From positions 11,803 through 75,802 of the forward strand of contig JAGWAE010000002.1 in the NCBI GenBank assembly GCA_018302135.1: a stretch of 64,000 bases of DNA, written 5' to 3'. Shown one piece after another: positions 38,105 to 49,200 of this stretch; position 1 is the stretch's first letter, and the number at the start of each line of letters is the position of its first letter. Under the pieces are notes generated by a model. The model had not been told where the DNA came from and did no database searches. It saw only the letters and a list, made by a program, of their open reading frames with translations. The stretch comes from Candidatus Woesearchaeota archaeon. GTDB taxonomy: Archaea > Nanobdellota > Nanobdellia > SCGC-AAA011-G17 > PNOQ01. The translations under genes were made by a program, and so were the position numbers.

Positions 38105-38722
38105 ATGAAACAATTAGAAAATTTGCCTTATGCATACAATGCATTAGAACCTTACATAGATGAACAAACTATGAGATTACACCATGATAAACATCATCAA
38201 ACTTACTTCGATAAGTTTTTGGCTGCTATCGAAAATTATCCGGAATTGAAAAATGAAAACGTTAAAGAAATATTAAGACATTTAAATAAAATTCCGAGTG
38301 AAATAAAAACTGCTGTAGTAAATCATGGTGGGGGCTATTACAATCATAACTTCTTTTGGACAATTTTAAAGAAAGATGTTAAGTTTGAAGGAGAAATAAG
38401 CAAAGAAATATTAAAAAAATGGGGAAGCTTTGATAAATTTAAAGAAGAATTCAAAAATAACGCTTTAGGTGTTTTTGGAAGTGGATGGACTTGGTTGGTT
38501 TTAGATAAGAATGAATTAAAAATTGTTAAGACTGCAAACCAAGATTCTGTGATAAGTTTAAATATGATTCCATTATTAACTATAGATGTTTGGGAGCATG
38601 CGTATTATTTGAAATATCAAAATAAAAGAATGGATTATGTTGAAGCATTTTTTAATGTTATCAATTGGAAAAAAGTAAATGAGTATTATTTGGAGGTAAG
38701 AAAAAATGATAAAAATAAATGA
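38105..38722 (+). CDS. sod: Fe/Mn superoxide dismutase
   Basis: LPYAYNALEPYIDEQTMRLHHDKHHQTY; C-terminal DVWEHAYYL metal ligands. Start trimmed to MKQLENL, with AGGAG SD. Confidence 0.9.
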   Translation: MKQLENLPYAYNALEPYIDEQTMRLHHDKHHQTYFDKFLAAIENYPELKNENVKEILRHLNKIPSEIKTAVVNHGGGYYNHNFFWTILKKDVKFEGEISKEILKKWGSFDKFKEEFKNNALGVFGSGWTWLVLDKNELKIVKTANQDSVISLNMIPLLTIDVWEHAYYLKYQNKRMDYVEAFFNVINWKKVNEYYLEVRKNDKNK

Positions 38723-39269
38723 AAATGCACCACATTTTAGTGCTAAGGCATTTAATAATGAAGAATTTGTAACTGTAAGTTTATCTGATTATAAAGGTAA
38801 ATGGGTTGTTTTGTTTTTTTATCCGGCAGATTTCACTTTTGTTTGTCCAACTGAGCTTGGAGAGCTAGCAGATAATTATAATGAACTAAAGAAAATGAAC
38901 GTGGAAGTATTGAGTGTAAGCACTGATACTGAATTTGTTCATAAAGCATGGTATGACAATTCTGAGCAAATTAAAAAGATTAAGTATCCAATGGTTGCTG
39001 ATCCTACTGGAAATATTTGTAAAGCTTATGGAACCTATATTGAATCTGAAGGATTAAGTTTGAGGGGCACATTTGTTATAGATCCAGATGGAATTTTGAA
39101 AGCTTTTGAAGTGAATGATAATAGTATTGGAAGAAGTGTTAGAGAATTAATAAGAAAAATAAAAGCAGCTCAATTTGTTAGAGAGCATGGTGAATATGTT
39201 TGCCCTGCAAGTTGGGAACCTGGAGATGAAGCATTAAAACCAGGTATAGATTTAATCGGAAAAATTTAG
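38706..39269 (+). CDS. Peroxiredoxin (typical 2-Cys AhpC/Prx1 type)
   Basis: Peroxidatic Cys in FTFVCPTEL. Resolving Cys in VCPASWEPG. Confidence 0.9.
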   Translation: MIKINENAPHFSAKAFNNEEFVTVSLSDYKGKWVVLFFYPADFTFVCPTELGELADNYNELKKMNVEVLSVSTDTEFVHKAWYDNSEQIKKIKYPMVADPTGNICKAYGTYIESEGLSLRGTFVIDPDGILKAFEVNDNSIGRSVRELIRKIKAAQFVREHGEYVCPASWEPGDEALKPGIDLIGKI

Positions 39270-39538
39270 TGTTTTCCCATTACTTCATTTTTTCCTTTTT
39301 CTAATTCTTCAACTTGTTCTTTATCTAATTCTAGCAATAAAGCTTGAAATTCACCTATATGTGTTTTTTCCTCTTTTGCTATTTCTAACAATACTTCTTT
39401 TATTTTTTTACTTTTAGCATATGCCGCAAACTGTTCGTATAAATTTACTGCATCTAATTCGGCTATAATTCCGGCTCTTAGAATTTCTTTATCTGCATCT
39501 TTTAATTTTTTTAAATCGATTGGTAATGAAGACATCAT
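39266..39538 (-). CDS. Small ferritin-like/rubrerythrin-like diiron protein
   Basis: ExxH-containing helices (ELDAVNLYEQ..., AKEEKTHIGEF). 90 aa. Confidence 0.5.
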   Translation of the reverse strand: MMSSLPIDLKKLKDADKEILRAGIIAELDAVNLYEQFAAYAKSKKIKEVLLEIAKEEKTHIGEFQALLLELDKEQVEELEKGKNEVMGKH

Positions 39539-39623
39539 CTTTTAACCACCCCTTTGTTATTAGTTGATTTTCTTTTATATAGTTTTTGAAAAGATTTTTA
39601 TAATTGTTAGATAAAGGGTTACT

Positions 39624-40271
39624 ATGCAAATAGATAATATATATAGAATTTTGGAGAAAGAAGTTGTTAGTTACAAATCTCCTATTATTGATTTAATGAG
39701 AGCTAGAGGTAATAGCCCTTTTAGAATATTAATAGCTACTATTTTGTCTGCTAGAACTAAAGATGAAACTACTTCCAAAGTTGTTAGTAAATTGTTTCTA
39801 AAAGTTAAAGATTTTAAAGATTTGGAAAAAATAGATGTTAAAGAGCTTGAAAAATTAATTTATCCAGTCGGTTTTTATAAAAATAAAGCTAAACAATTGA
39901 AAAAATTGCCGATTGTTATTAAAAAAGAGTTTAATGGTAAAATTCCTGAAAATATTGATGATTTGGTTAAACTGCCCGGAGTTGGAAGGAAAACTGCAAA
40001 TTTAGTGATGACTGCAGCATTTGGCAAGTATGGAATAACTGTTGATACACATGTTTTTAGAATTATGAATCGAATTGGTTATGTTAAGACTAAGAATCCT
40101 TTGGAAACTGAAATGGTTTTAAGGAGAAGATTACCTAAAAAATATTGGAAGAATATTAATTATTTTTTAGTTTCTTTAGGCCAAAATGTTTGTACCCCTA
40201 TTTCTCCTTATTGTAGTAAGTGCCCTGTAAGAGAATATTGTAAGAGGGTTGGAGTTAAATCAAAAAGATAG
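39624..40271 (+). CDS. nth: Endonuclease III (Nth), HhH-GPD with 4Fe-4S cluster
   Basis: HhH-GPD LPGVGRKTANLVM. C-terminal C-x6-C-x2-C-x5-C (CTPISPYCSKCPVREYC). Confidence 0.85.
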   Translation: MQIDNIYRILEKEVVSYKSPIIDLMRARGNSPFRILIATILSARTKDETTSKVVSKLFLKVKDFKDLEKIDVKELEKLIYPVGFYKNKAKQLKKLPIVIKKEFNGKIPENIDDLVKLPGVGRKTANLVMTAAFGKYGITVDTHVFRIMNRIGYVKTKNPLETEMVLRRRLPKKYWKNINYFLVSLGQNVCTPISPYCSKCPVREYCKRVGVKSKR

Positions 40272-40312
40272 TATATAATTAATTATATAAATTCATTAAG
40301 TTTATTCTTTTT

Positions 40313-40924
40313 ATGAACCTATTAATTGAACAAGTAAAAGAGTTGCAAAATACAGCTATTAAAAATATTGTAGATAATAAATTAAAAGAATTTGAAAACA
40401 ATAATGAATGGTTCTCAGAATTGTGTTTTTGTTTGCTAACTGCAAATTCTAAAGCTGAAACGGCAATAAATATTCAAAAAGAAATTGGTACAAATGGATT
40501 TTTAAATTTAAAACAAGAAGAAATTAAAGAAATTATAGAAAAGAATAAGCATAGATTTCATAATAATAAAAGCAAGTATATAGTTGAAGCTAGACAATAT
40601 AAAGATATAAAAAAATTAATTGAACAAAAAAATGAGATTGATGCTAGAAACTGGTTGGCTGAAAATGTTAAAGGATTAGGATATAAAGAAGCTTCACATT
40701 TTATGAGAAATGTTGGTTACAAAAATTTGGCTATTTTGGACAGACATATATTAAAATTAATGTTTGAAAATAATTACATTAATAATATTCCTAAACCACT
40801 TAACAAAAAAATATATTTTGAAATAGAAAATAAATTTAATAGTATTGCAAAAGGATTAAAATTAAATTCTGCTGAACTGGATTTATATATGTGGTATCTT
40901 AAAACTGGTAAAATTTTAAAATAA
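40313..40924 (+). CDS. ogg: N-glycosylase/DNA lyase, archaeal Ogg2-type 8-oxoguanine glycosylase
   Basis: 203 aa. GLGYKEASHFMRNVG (HhH with catalytic Lys). Size and pattern as in Ogg2. Confidence 0.7.
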   Translation: MNLLIEQVKELQNTAIKNIVDNKLKEFENNNEWFSELCFCLLTANSKAETAINIQKEIGTNGFLNLKQEEIKEIIEKNKHRFHNNKSKYIVEARQYKDIKKLIEQKNEIDARNWLAENVKGLGYKEASHFMRNVGYKNLAILDRHILKLMFENNYINNIPKPLNKKIYFEIENKFNSIAKGLKLNSAELDLYMWYLKTGKILK

Positions 40925-40925
40925 A

Positions 40926-41663
40926 TTATTCTAACAAGCCAGTTAAATAAATTATAATTATTCCAATTATAAAGACTAATAGATTTAGCATTGCTTTTCT
41001 AAAATCTTTTTCTTTTCTTAGTTCTGGAATTAAATCGGAAGCCGAAATGTATAAAAATCCCCCGGCTGCGAAAGGAAGCAATAAACTTGTGAAGTTAGGT
41101 ATGTAATTTGGTAAAACATAACCTACTAAGCCACCAATAATTGCAGTTAATGCAGTTAAAAAGTTGTATAGCAGTGCCTTTGATTTTTTAAAACCCCCGT
41201 GAACTAAAACACCGAAATCTCCAATTTCTTGAGGAATCTCATGTGCTATTATTGCTAAAGTAGTTATTAATCCTAATTTTACATCTACCACAAAACTTGC
41301 AGCGATTATCAAACCATCTATAAAATTATGAACTGCTTCACCAAACAAACTCATATATGCAAATGTATGGATTTCACAATGATCTTTATGACAATGTCTC
41401 CAGTGAAGAACTTTTTCTATTAAGAAAAAGAATGTAAATCCTAATAATAATATAACAAATACTGGAACCGGTTCAGTATTTTCTAAAGATTCTGGAATTA
41501 AATGGAAAAATGCTGCACCAATCAAAGCTCCTGCTGATAATGCAACGAATAACATTAATACTTTTTCTAAAGATTTTGATTTTAAAGATAAAGTGAATAT
41601 ACCAACTAAAGAGATTAAGCTAACAAATAACGTGCTTAATATTATCCAATAAATAGTTTGCAT
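40926..41663 (-). CDS. ZIP-family metal (zinc) transporter
   Basis: HNFIDGLIIAASF and HEIPQEIGDFGVLV motifs. 8 TM. Confidence 0.8.
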   Translation of the reverse strand: MQTIYWIILSTLFVSLISLVGIFTLSLKSKSLEKVLMLFVALSAGALIGAAFFHLIPESLENTEPVPVFVILLLGFTFFFLIEKVLHWRHCHKDHCEIHTFAYMSLFGEAVHNFIDGLIIAASFVVDVKLGLITTLAIIAHEIPQEIGDFGVLVHGGFKKSKALLYNFLTALTAIIGGLVGYVLPNYIPNFTSLLLPFAAGGFLYISASDLIPELRKEKDFRKAMLNLLVFIIGIIIIYLTGLLE

Positions 41664-41697
41664 TTAGTTTTTGAATTTTACAGGTATAAATAACTTT

Positions 41698-42873
41698 TTA
41701 TTTTTTCCTTATGTGTTTTTTAAGGGAAATAAATAATAAAACAGAAATTAAAGAAACGATTGAACCAAATGCAAATGTCATAGTTGGATTAATATCCCAA
41801 AGTATTCCTGCGATTAAACTTGCTGGTAATGCAGTTACACCAATACAAGTATGGAATAATCCCAAAGCAGAACCTCTGTGTTCTTCGGAAGATAAATCAG
41901 ATATTAAAGCACGTTGATTACCTTCAATCATCGCATAAACTAAACCATACAATGCAAATAGAACTACAAAGAAAGTTATTGTATTTGCAAATATAAATCC
42001 TAATGAAACTATTGAAAATAGAGTATATCCGTAAATTAATACACGTTTCCTGCCTATATGGTCTGATAACTTGCCCATTGGAATAGCAAAAGTAAGATAA
42101 AATAAATTAAAGAAAATGTAAAGTAAAATTGGAACTGCTAAACCTAATTTACCCGGTAAAAAATTGCTTGCTTTTAGTATAAAAAACATATAACTAAAAT
42201 TTGCTAAGGCAAAAATAGTTGATATAAATATGAATAATTTTACTTGTTTGGGAAGTTTTTTTATTTCCCATTTCATTGAATGGTTTGTTGTTTTTTTCTT
42301 ATTCTTTTCTTTAACAAAAGCTAAAGGAATGATAGCAATAAATCCTAAGATTGCAGCTATAAAAATTATTTTTTGAAAACTAAAATCGAAATACCAGAAT
42401 AAAACAAAAGCAGTCATTGCACCAAGAACTGCACCAGTTGTATCCAATGTTCTATGAATACCAAAACCTTTGCCTTTATTTTTTGGCATAGATTCTGAAA
42501 TCAAAGCATCTATTGGAGCAGTTCTCATACCTTTGCCCAATCTTTCTAAACCTGCAAAAATTAAAACTTGTTGCCATGTTTTTGAAATTACTAATAATAG
42601 TTTGAAAGATGCAGAAGTTAAATATCCAGATAAAATAAAACGTTTCCTTTTTCTTTTATGATCTGATAAATGACCAAAATAAAATTTTATTATACTTGCG
42701 ATACAATCACGAACACCACCAATTAAACCAATTATTATTCCTGTTCCACCTAGTGAAGCAATTAATAAAGGTAAAATTGGAACTATTAATTCACTGCTAA
42801 AATCATTAATCAAACTCACAATGCCCAAGAAGATAACATTAGTACTGATTCCATTAATGACCTTCTTTTGCAT
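41698..42873 (-). CDS. MFS-type transporter
   Basis: 391 aa, 12 TM, MFS loop pattern. Confidence 0.65.
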   Translation of the reverse strand: MQKKVINGISTNVIFLGIVSLINDFSSELIVPILPLLIASLGGTGIIIGLIGGVRDCIASIIKFYFGHLSDHKRKRKRFILSGYLTSASFKLLLVISKTWQQVLIFAGLERLGKGMRTAPIDALISESMPKNKGKGFGIHRTLDTTGAVLGAMTAFVLFWYFDFSFQKIIFIAAILGFIAIIPLAFVKEKNKKKTTNHSMKWEIKKLPKQVKLFIFISTIFALANFSYMFFILKASNFLPGKLGLAVPILLYIFFNLFYLTFAIPMGKLSDHIGRKRVLIYGYTLFSIVSLGFIFANTITFFVVLFALYGLVYAMIEGNQRALISDLSSEEHRGSALGLFHTCIGVTALPASLIAGILWDINPTMTFAFGSIVSLISVLLFISLKKHIRKK

Positions 42874-42934
42874 ATCAAATCTTCACGTTTTGAGTTTATA
42901 AACTTTTTTTAAGTAAGGTTTATAAAGATTAATT

Positions 42935-43879
42935 TTGATAATTAGAATAATGATTAATTGTGTGAAGTATGCTGATAAAAGTTTGGGAAAAAGTAGTGTG
43001 AAAAATATAAATGTTCTTAGAGATTTGGTTTGGATTGACGTTTCTGCAAAGGATAAAAAAGAATTGAAAGAAATTCAAAAAAAATTTAATTTAAATGAAA
43101 AAGATTTAGAAGATAGTATAGATATACGTGAAGTAACAAGAGTGCATGATAGAATTAATTATTCTTTTGTTGTTTTAAGATCTACTAGTAAAAAAAATTA
43201 TATTCCTGTCGGTGTTTTTGTTAGTAAAAGATTTTTGATAACAATTCACATGAAAGATATTCCTGCGATTAATAGCCTTTTAAAAAATAATATTGAGATT
43301 AAAGATGGTTTTTCCAAAGGAATTGATTTTCTTTTTTGTAAGGTGGTTTCTGAGATGAATAAAAAGACTGAGGAAGATATTGAAAAATTTGATGATGAGT
43401 TAGATGAGTTTGAGAATAAAATCATTAATTCTAAATTAGAGAAAGTAGATGATATTTCCCCATTAAAAAGAAAGTTAAATTATTATAAAAAAGCTTTAAG
43501 TTCTAATAAAGAAGTTATGCAGAAATTGTTGAGCGGAAACGGAAAGTTCTTTTCTGAAAAAAATTATTCTAATTTAAATTATTTGAATATTGAAATTATG
43601 CAATCTGAAACTGCTATCGAATTTCAAAGAGAAAAATTAACTGGAATTTTAGAGATGCATATGATAGGGGTGTCTAATAAATTAAATGATATAATGAGAG
43701 TTTTTACTGTTGTTGCTGCTCTTTTTTTATTGCCAACTGTTATAACTGGTATATGGGGTATGAACTTTGCTGAAATACCTTTCTTCGGATTTAAATATGG
43801 TTTTTACATACCGATAGTTATAATAATCATTAGTATGTTGCTTCTTTATTTGTATTTTAAGAGGAAAAAATTAGTATGA
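42935..43879 (+). CDS. corA: CorA-family Mg2+/Co2+ transporter
   Basis: C-terminal two TM with GIWGMNF (GMN motif). Confidence 0.8.
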   Translation: MIIRIMINCVKYADKSLGKSSVKNINVLRDLVWIDVSAKDKKELKEIQKKFNLNEKDLEDSIDIREVTRVHDRINYSFVVLRSTSKKNYIPVGVFVSKRFLITIHMKDIPAINSLLKNNIEIKDGFSKGIDFLFCKVVSEMNKKTEEDIEKFDDELDEFENKIINSKLEKVDDISPLKRKLNYYKKALSSNKEVMQKLLSGNGKFFSEKNYSNLNYLNIEIMQSETAIEFQREKLTGILEMHMIGVSNKLNDIMRVFTVVAALFLLPTVITGIWGMNFAEIPFFGFKYGFYIPIVIIIISMLLLYLYFKRKKLV

Positions 43880-44421
43880 GGGGAGACAAGTTTACAAAAC
43901 GAGCTTTAGAAGAAGGTTATTTAGCTAGAAGCATTTTTAAAATTAAAAATATTCAAAATAGATTTCATATTATTAGAAAAGGAGATTATGTTTTAGATTT
44001 AGGAGCTGCACCAGGAAGTTGGAGCCAGTATGTTTTAGAACTTGGCGCAAAAGTTGATTCTATTGATTTAAATCGTGTAAAATATGGAAATTGGATAAAG
44101 ATTGATATTTTTGATGAAAAATTATTTGAGGTATTGGAAAGAGATTATAATGTTGTTTTGAGTGATTTGGCACCAAGAACTTCTGGAATTAAACATTTAG
44201 ATGTAGAAAGATCTATTGGGTTAAGTCAGAGAGCTTTAGAAATTGCTAAACTTAAATTAAAAAGAAATGGAAATTTTGTTTGCAAAGTTTTTCAAGGTGA
44301 AGATTTTAAATTATTTTTTGATGACATGAAAAAGAATTTTCAAGTTGTTAGAAGTATAAGACCTATGGCTACTAGAAAAAGTAGCAGAGAAATTTATTTG
44401 ATTGGGTTGGGAAAGAAATAA
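43876..44421 (+). CDS. rlmE: rRNA 2'-O-methyltransferase RlmE/FtsJ
   Basis: RSIFKIKNIQNRF...VLDLGAAPGSWSQY, with K-D-K-E catalytic residues context. Confidence 0.85.
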   Translation: MRGDKFTKRALEEGYLARSIFKIKNIQNRFHIIRKGDYVLDLGAAPGSWSQYVLELGAKVDSIDLNRVKYGNWIKIDIFDEKLFEVLERDYNVVLSDLAPRTSGIKHLDVERSIGLSQRALEIAKLKLKRNGNFVCKVFQGEDFKLFFDDMKKNFQVVRSIRPMATRKSSREIYLIGLGKK

Positions 44422-45810
44422 TTAATTCATCCTTATTTTTCTTAGTCTTATTGATGGCCCACCGGTGAATACTGGTATTCCTTGCATAGGTTCACCTTTT
44501 CCACAAGTAGCAGCAAAGAATTGTAAGTTATTAGCAACCATATCTACTGAAGACCAAAGTTTTGGGGTTGTTATTTCAATAGCAGGATGTTTTACTGGTT
44601 TTGTTATTTCTCCATTTTCTATTAAATAAGCTTCATCACCAGTATATTTTTGATGAAATCTTTTATCATCGATATTCCATTCCATAAAACTTTTAATATA
44701 CACACCTTTTTTTATTTCTTTAAACAAATCTTCCTCAGAATTTTTTCCTGGTTTAACAAAAGTGTTAGACATTCTTACCATTGGTTCAACTGAATAATTA
44801 GAAGCACGTGCAGAACCGTTACTTTGTATTCCTATTTGTTTGGAAGTCGCACGATCATGTAAAAATTCATTTATTATTCCGTTTTTCATTAAAACTCTTT
44901 CGCTTGCTTTTATTCCTTCATCATCGTATGAATAATAACCATAACTTCCTTCTAAAGTAGGATCATCAACTGCTGTAACTACTTCTGAACCTATTTTTGT
45001 ATTCAACATATTTTGTGTTACAAATGATTCGCCAGCTTGCGCAGATTCTCTTCCAAAAATTCTATCTGCTTCATATGGGTGGCCTATAGATTCATGAGTT
45101 GCAATACCAGTAACTTCTGGGCCAAAAACAACATCTAATTCTCCTTTTGGACAAGCAATACCTTTTTCTAAATTTTCTTTTAATGCTTTTATTTCATTTT
45201 GTAAATGAGATTCTAGTTTCCATTTTTTTAGTACTTCAAAACCAGTTGTAGAACCAAATTGTAAATTTCTTTGTATTGAATTTGCTCCGCTTAAAATTGT
45301 TAGGAAATAGAAAAAATGAACTCTTGGAATTATTTGAGTTACATTTGTACCTTCAGTATTAATATAATATTTTTCTGTTAAATCTTCGGTTAATGAAAAG
45401 TATTTGTGATTTACGTTTACTAATTTGTCTATTTCTTTTAAATATTCTAATTTTTGTTCTTCATCTAAAATTTGTTTTGATTTTATATTAATTGATTTTT
45501 TCACTGATTTATTTTCTGAAAATAAAACTTTTTCAGATAGTCTAGAAGCTTTTTTTACTAACATTATTGATTTTTCTAACTCTTGTTTAATTTTTTCCTT
45601 TTCTAATGTGTTTATTGCGGCAAAACCTAAGTTATTATTTATTATGAATCTAACACCTAAACCAATAGTCTGATCAAATCCAGACATTTCTAAATTAGAA
45701 TTATTTAATACTAAACCAGAACCAGAACTTTTTTCTAGCCTTACTTCTGCATAATCTACTTCTTTTTCTTTTAAATAATTTATGGCAAACTCTGCTAATT
45801 CTTTGGACAT
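44422..45810 (-). CDS. tldD: TldD-family metalloprotease
   Basis: HESIGHPYEADR (HExxxH-type motif of TldD). 462 aa. Confidence 0.8.
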   Translation of the reverse strand: MSKELAEFAINYLKEKEVDYAEVRLEKSSGSGLVLNNSNLEMSGFDQTIGLGVRFIINNNLGFAAINTLEKEKIKQELEKSIMLVKKASRLSEKVLFSENKSVKKSINIKSKQILDEEQKLEYLKEIDKLVNVNHKYFSLTEDLTEKYYINTEGTNVTQIIPRVHFFYFLTILSGANSIQRNLQFGSTTGFEVLKKWKLESHLQNEIKALKENLEKGIACPKGELDVVFGPEVTGIATHESIGHPYEADRIFGRESAQAGESFVTQNMLNTKIGSEVVTAVDDPTLEGSYGYYSYDDEGIKASERVLMKNGIINEFLHDRATSKQIGIQSNGSARASNYSVEPMVRMSNTFVKPGKNSEEDLFKEIKKGVYIKSFMEWNIDDKRFHQKYTGDEAYLIENGEITKPVKHPAIEITTPKLWSSVDMVANNLQFFAATCGKGEPMQGIPVFTGGPSIRLRKIRMN

Positions 45811-45972
45811 ATATTGGAATTGTTTGAGTAGATTTATATAAGTTTTGAAAGTAGAATTATTGTTATTTATGCTATTTGTATAAATAATATGTTAATATTT
45901 TATCTAATTTTTATTGATATTTATACCAATAGTAAACTTTATATATTAATAGTATAAATGATATTCATATAA

Positions 45973-46227
45973 ATGGCCTCACCTTTACCAAAATGGATTA
46001 TGCAAAGATATTCTATCCTTTGGAATACTTTTCATGATAAAGAGTTTGATCATGATGCTGCTTTTAACTTATTGAATAATGAGAAAACGGTTAGTATTGC
46101 TATTTCTAAATTAAGAAAAAATGGTTGGTTGGAAATTAAACTAGATGAAAATGATGCTAGAAGAAGATTGTATAAATTAAAAAGTCCAGAACAAGCTGTA
46201 AAAGAAATAGGTGAGAAAAATGAATAA
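45973..46227 (+). CDS. Small hypothetical protein (84 aa), overlaps start of the giant surface protein gene
   Basis: Possible winged-helix-like segment (TVSIAISKLRKNGWLEI). 17-nt overlap with the downstream gene. Confidence 0.4.
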   Translation: MASPLPKWIMQRYSILWNTFHDKEFDHDAAFNLLNNEKTVSIAISKLRKNGWLEIKLDENDARRRLYKLKSPEQAVKEIGEKNE

Positions 46228-49200
46228 TAAATATTTTATTCTTTTAATGATTTGTATAACTTTAGTTGTTGAATTCGCTTCTGCAGAAATAATCAGTAGT
46301 TGCCAAACTATATCTAGCCCAGGATCTTATGAATTAAACCAGAGTATAACTAGTACTACAACATGTATGACTATTGCAGTTAGTAATGTAGATTTTAATT
46401 GTAATGGTTCAACTATTTCTTATAATTCTGGGGGAGGAGCGACTAATTATGGAATTAATGCTATTTATCTGCTTGTCCCCTTAGAAAACATAACTATAAG
46501 AAATTGTGATATTAAAGATGTAAACGCCGCAGGAACCCCATCGGCAGGAATACAATTTACTAGAGTTACAGATTCAGTTATATTAAACAACACTATACAG
46601 ACTAATGGAACTACATTAAATCATGGAATTACGCTTACAACCGGATGTAAAAGAAATAGAATAGAAAATAATACTATAAATACTTGGGGGAGTGGAATAA
46701 CAAATGTAGGAATTTACCTTAATACAGAGGCATCAAATAATAATATAACTGGAAATATTGTAAGAGGTGTAGGTACATTAACTAGTTATGCTGTTTATTT
46801 TGCTGCCGACGCTAATAATAATAGTGTAAATAATAATAATCTTTCTACAATTTCAACGGTTGTTGCAGCTAATGCTGACCCACATGTTGTTGTTATCAGT
46901 GCGAGTAATTTGAATAATATCACTAATAACAATATATATGGTGAAGGCGCGCAGAGAGGATATGCTGTGTATATTACCACAAATGCAGAATCAAATAATA
47001 TTCAAAACAATGATATTATTATTAATCTTACTACTGGTGCAATAAGTTATGGAATTTATATTTTAAGATCACCTTCAACTAATGTGATAAATAATACTAT
47101 AACCCCTATTGGGACAGGTACTTTAAGAGGAGTTTATGTTGCTAATGCACAATATACTAACATACAAAATAATAATATATCTATCCTTAGCCCCGCTATA
47201 ACAACTGCAGATGGGATTCTTGTTACTGCCTCACCAAATAGTTCAGTTTTAAACAATGATATTTTAATTAATGCAACTTCTACTGTCAATGCCATATCTT
47301 CCACTTCCTCTGCTAATAATCGTATCGAAAATAATAATATAAATATTTTAGGGAATGGTACTGCAACGACATTTAATGGTGTTTTGACTACTACTTCGTA
47401 TTCTAACTCTATAATAAATAATAGTATATATATCAAAGGAATAACTGTATTAAACGGAGTGTTACTCACTACTTCTCCAGATAATATTGTTGAAAACAAT
47501 TCTATAAACGTTACTGGAACTGGAGCTACAAATGTTGGAATTTATTTATCTTCTGCTGCACCTTCAAATATTGTAAGAAATAATACGATATATTCCTCAG
47601 CATCAATTCCTGCATATGGAATATATTTACTTTATGATGGAGTAAATAATCTTATAGAAAAAAATACTATAACTACTTATGGAACAACTAATGCTAATTT
47701 TGGTATTTATTTAAGCACCGGAACCAATGAGAATAGGATAATAAACAATACAGTTACTACACTGGGCGCAGGTACTACAAATTATGGAATTCATTTGCTT
47801 ACATGTAATAATAATTATGTTGGTTATAATAATATTTCTACAAACGGTACTACTGCAAACCACGGGATATACATTCTTACACAAGCAAATAATAATACTG
47901 CAGAAAATAATATAATTTCTACGTATGGAACAACAGGTAGTTATGGAATTTATATCAACAGTGCGAATTATAATAAATTAATTGGAAATAATATCACTGC
48001 TAATGGATCAACACAAGTTGCTGGAACTACAACAAGTAATTATGGTATTGTGGTAGGTGCAAGTTCTTACTTTTCTGAAGTTTATAATAATACAATTTAC
48101 AATGGGGGCGGGAGATATAATTATGGAATTTATAGTCTTACTAATTCTAGATGGGGAACATTTACAGGAAATAATGTGAATACTGGTGGAACTGGTAACC
48201 TTAATGTGGGAGCGTATATTTCAGAAAGCCATTACAATACTTTAGAAAATAATGTATTTTCTACATCTGGATCTACTACAAACCATGCAGTATATTTACA
48301 TTCTAGTGCCAGGGAAAATGTTATAGAAAATAATAATATATCTACCTCAGGTGGAACTGACTCCCATGCATTCGCATTTTTATATGTTGCTGCAGGAGGA
48401 TATCCGGAGAGGAATATTATCAAAAATAATGAACTTTTAAGTATTTCTGGTAGAGATATTGACTTTGCAACTGCATCTATAAATGGAACCACACTTATTG
48501 ATCAAGTTATTGGAAATTATTCTTTTACTGGTACAGCAGGCACATTAATAATAAGAAATGAATCTGCAGGCCAAATAGAATTTGGAGCAGTTTTGTCTGG
48601 GGCGAGTACATTTTTTAGTAATAGAATATTCATATGGCCTAATTTAGCCGGAATAGAAGAAAGTACTTCTGCTTTGAATAAATCGGCTACAATAACATTT
48701 TATAATGTTTCAACAAGTTCGACAGAACTACAAATATATAGAAATGGGGGGATTTGCCCAGAAACAATATGTACTAATCTAACAACTATGCAGGCTGGAA
48801 ATGTAACATTCAATGTTACACGGGGAGGGAATTATTCCATACTTGCAACATCATCATCACCATCAGTTGAATTAAATTATCCAGATAATAGTTTTAATAG
48901 TTCTTCTCAGAATATAACTTTCAATTTTACTGCTATAGACGATTCTGTTGGAGACTTAAATTGTAGTGTTTATATTAATAATGTAATAAATCAAACAAAT
49001 TATTCTGTTTCTAATGGCACATTAACTAGCTTTATTATTAATGGTTTACAAGAAAATAATCATACTTGGTATATTGAATGTTATGATTATTTAGGGAATA
49101 GAAATGTATCAGAAACAAGAAATTTTTCTGTAATAATCTCTCAACCATCTTATAATTTCAATTATCCTGGAAATAATTCTTATATCAATGATGTTTCATC

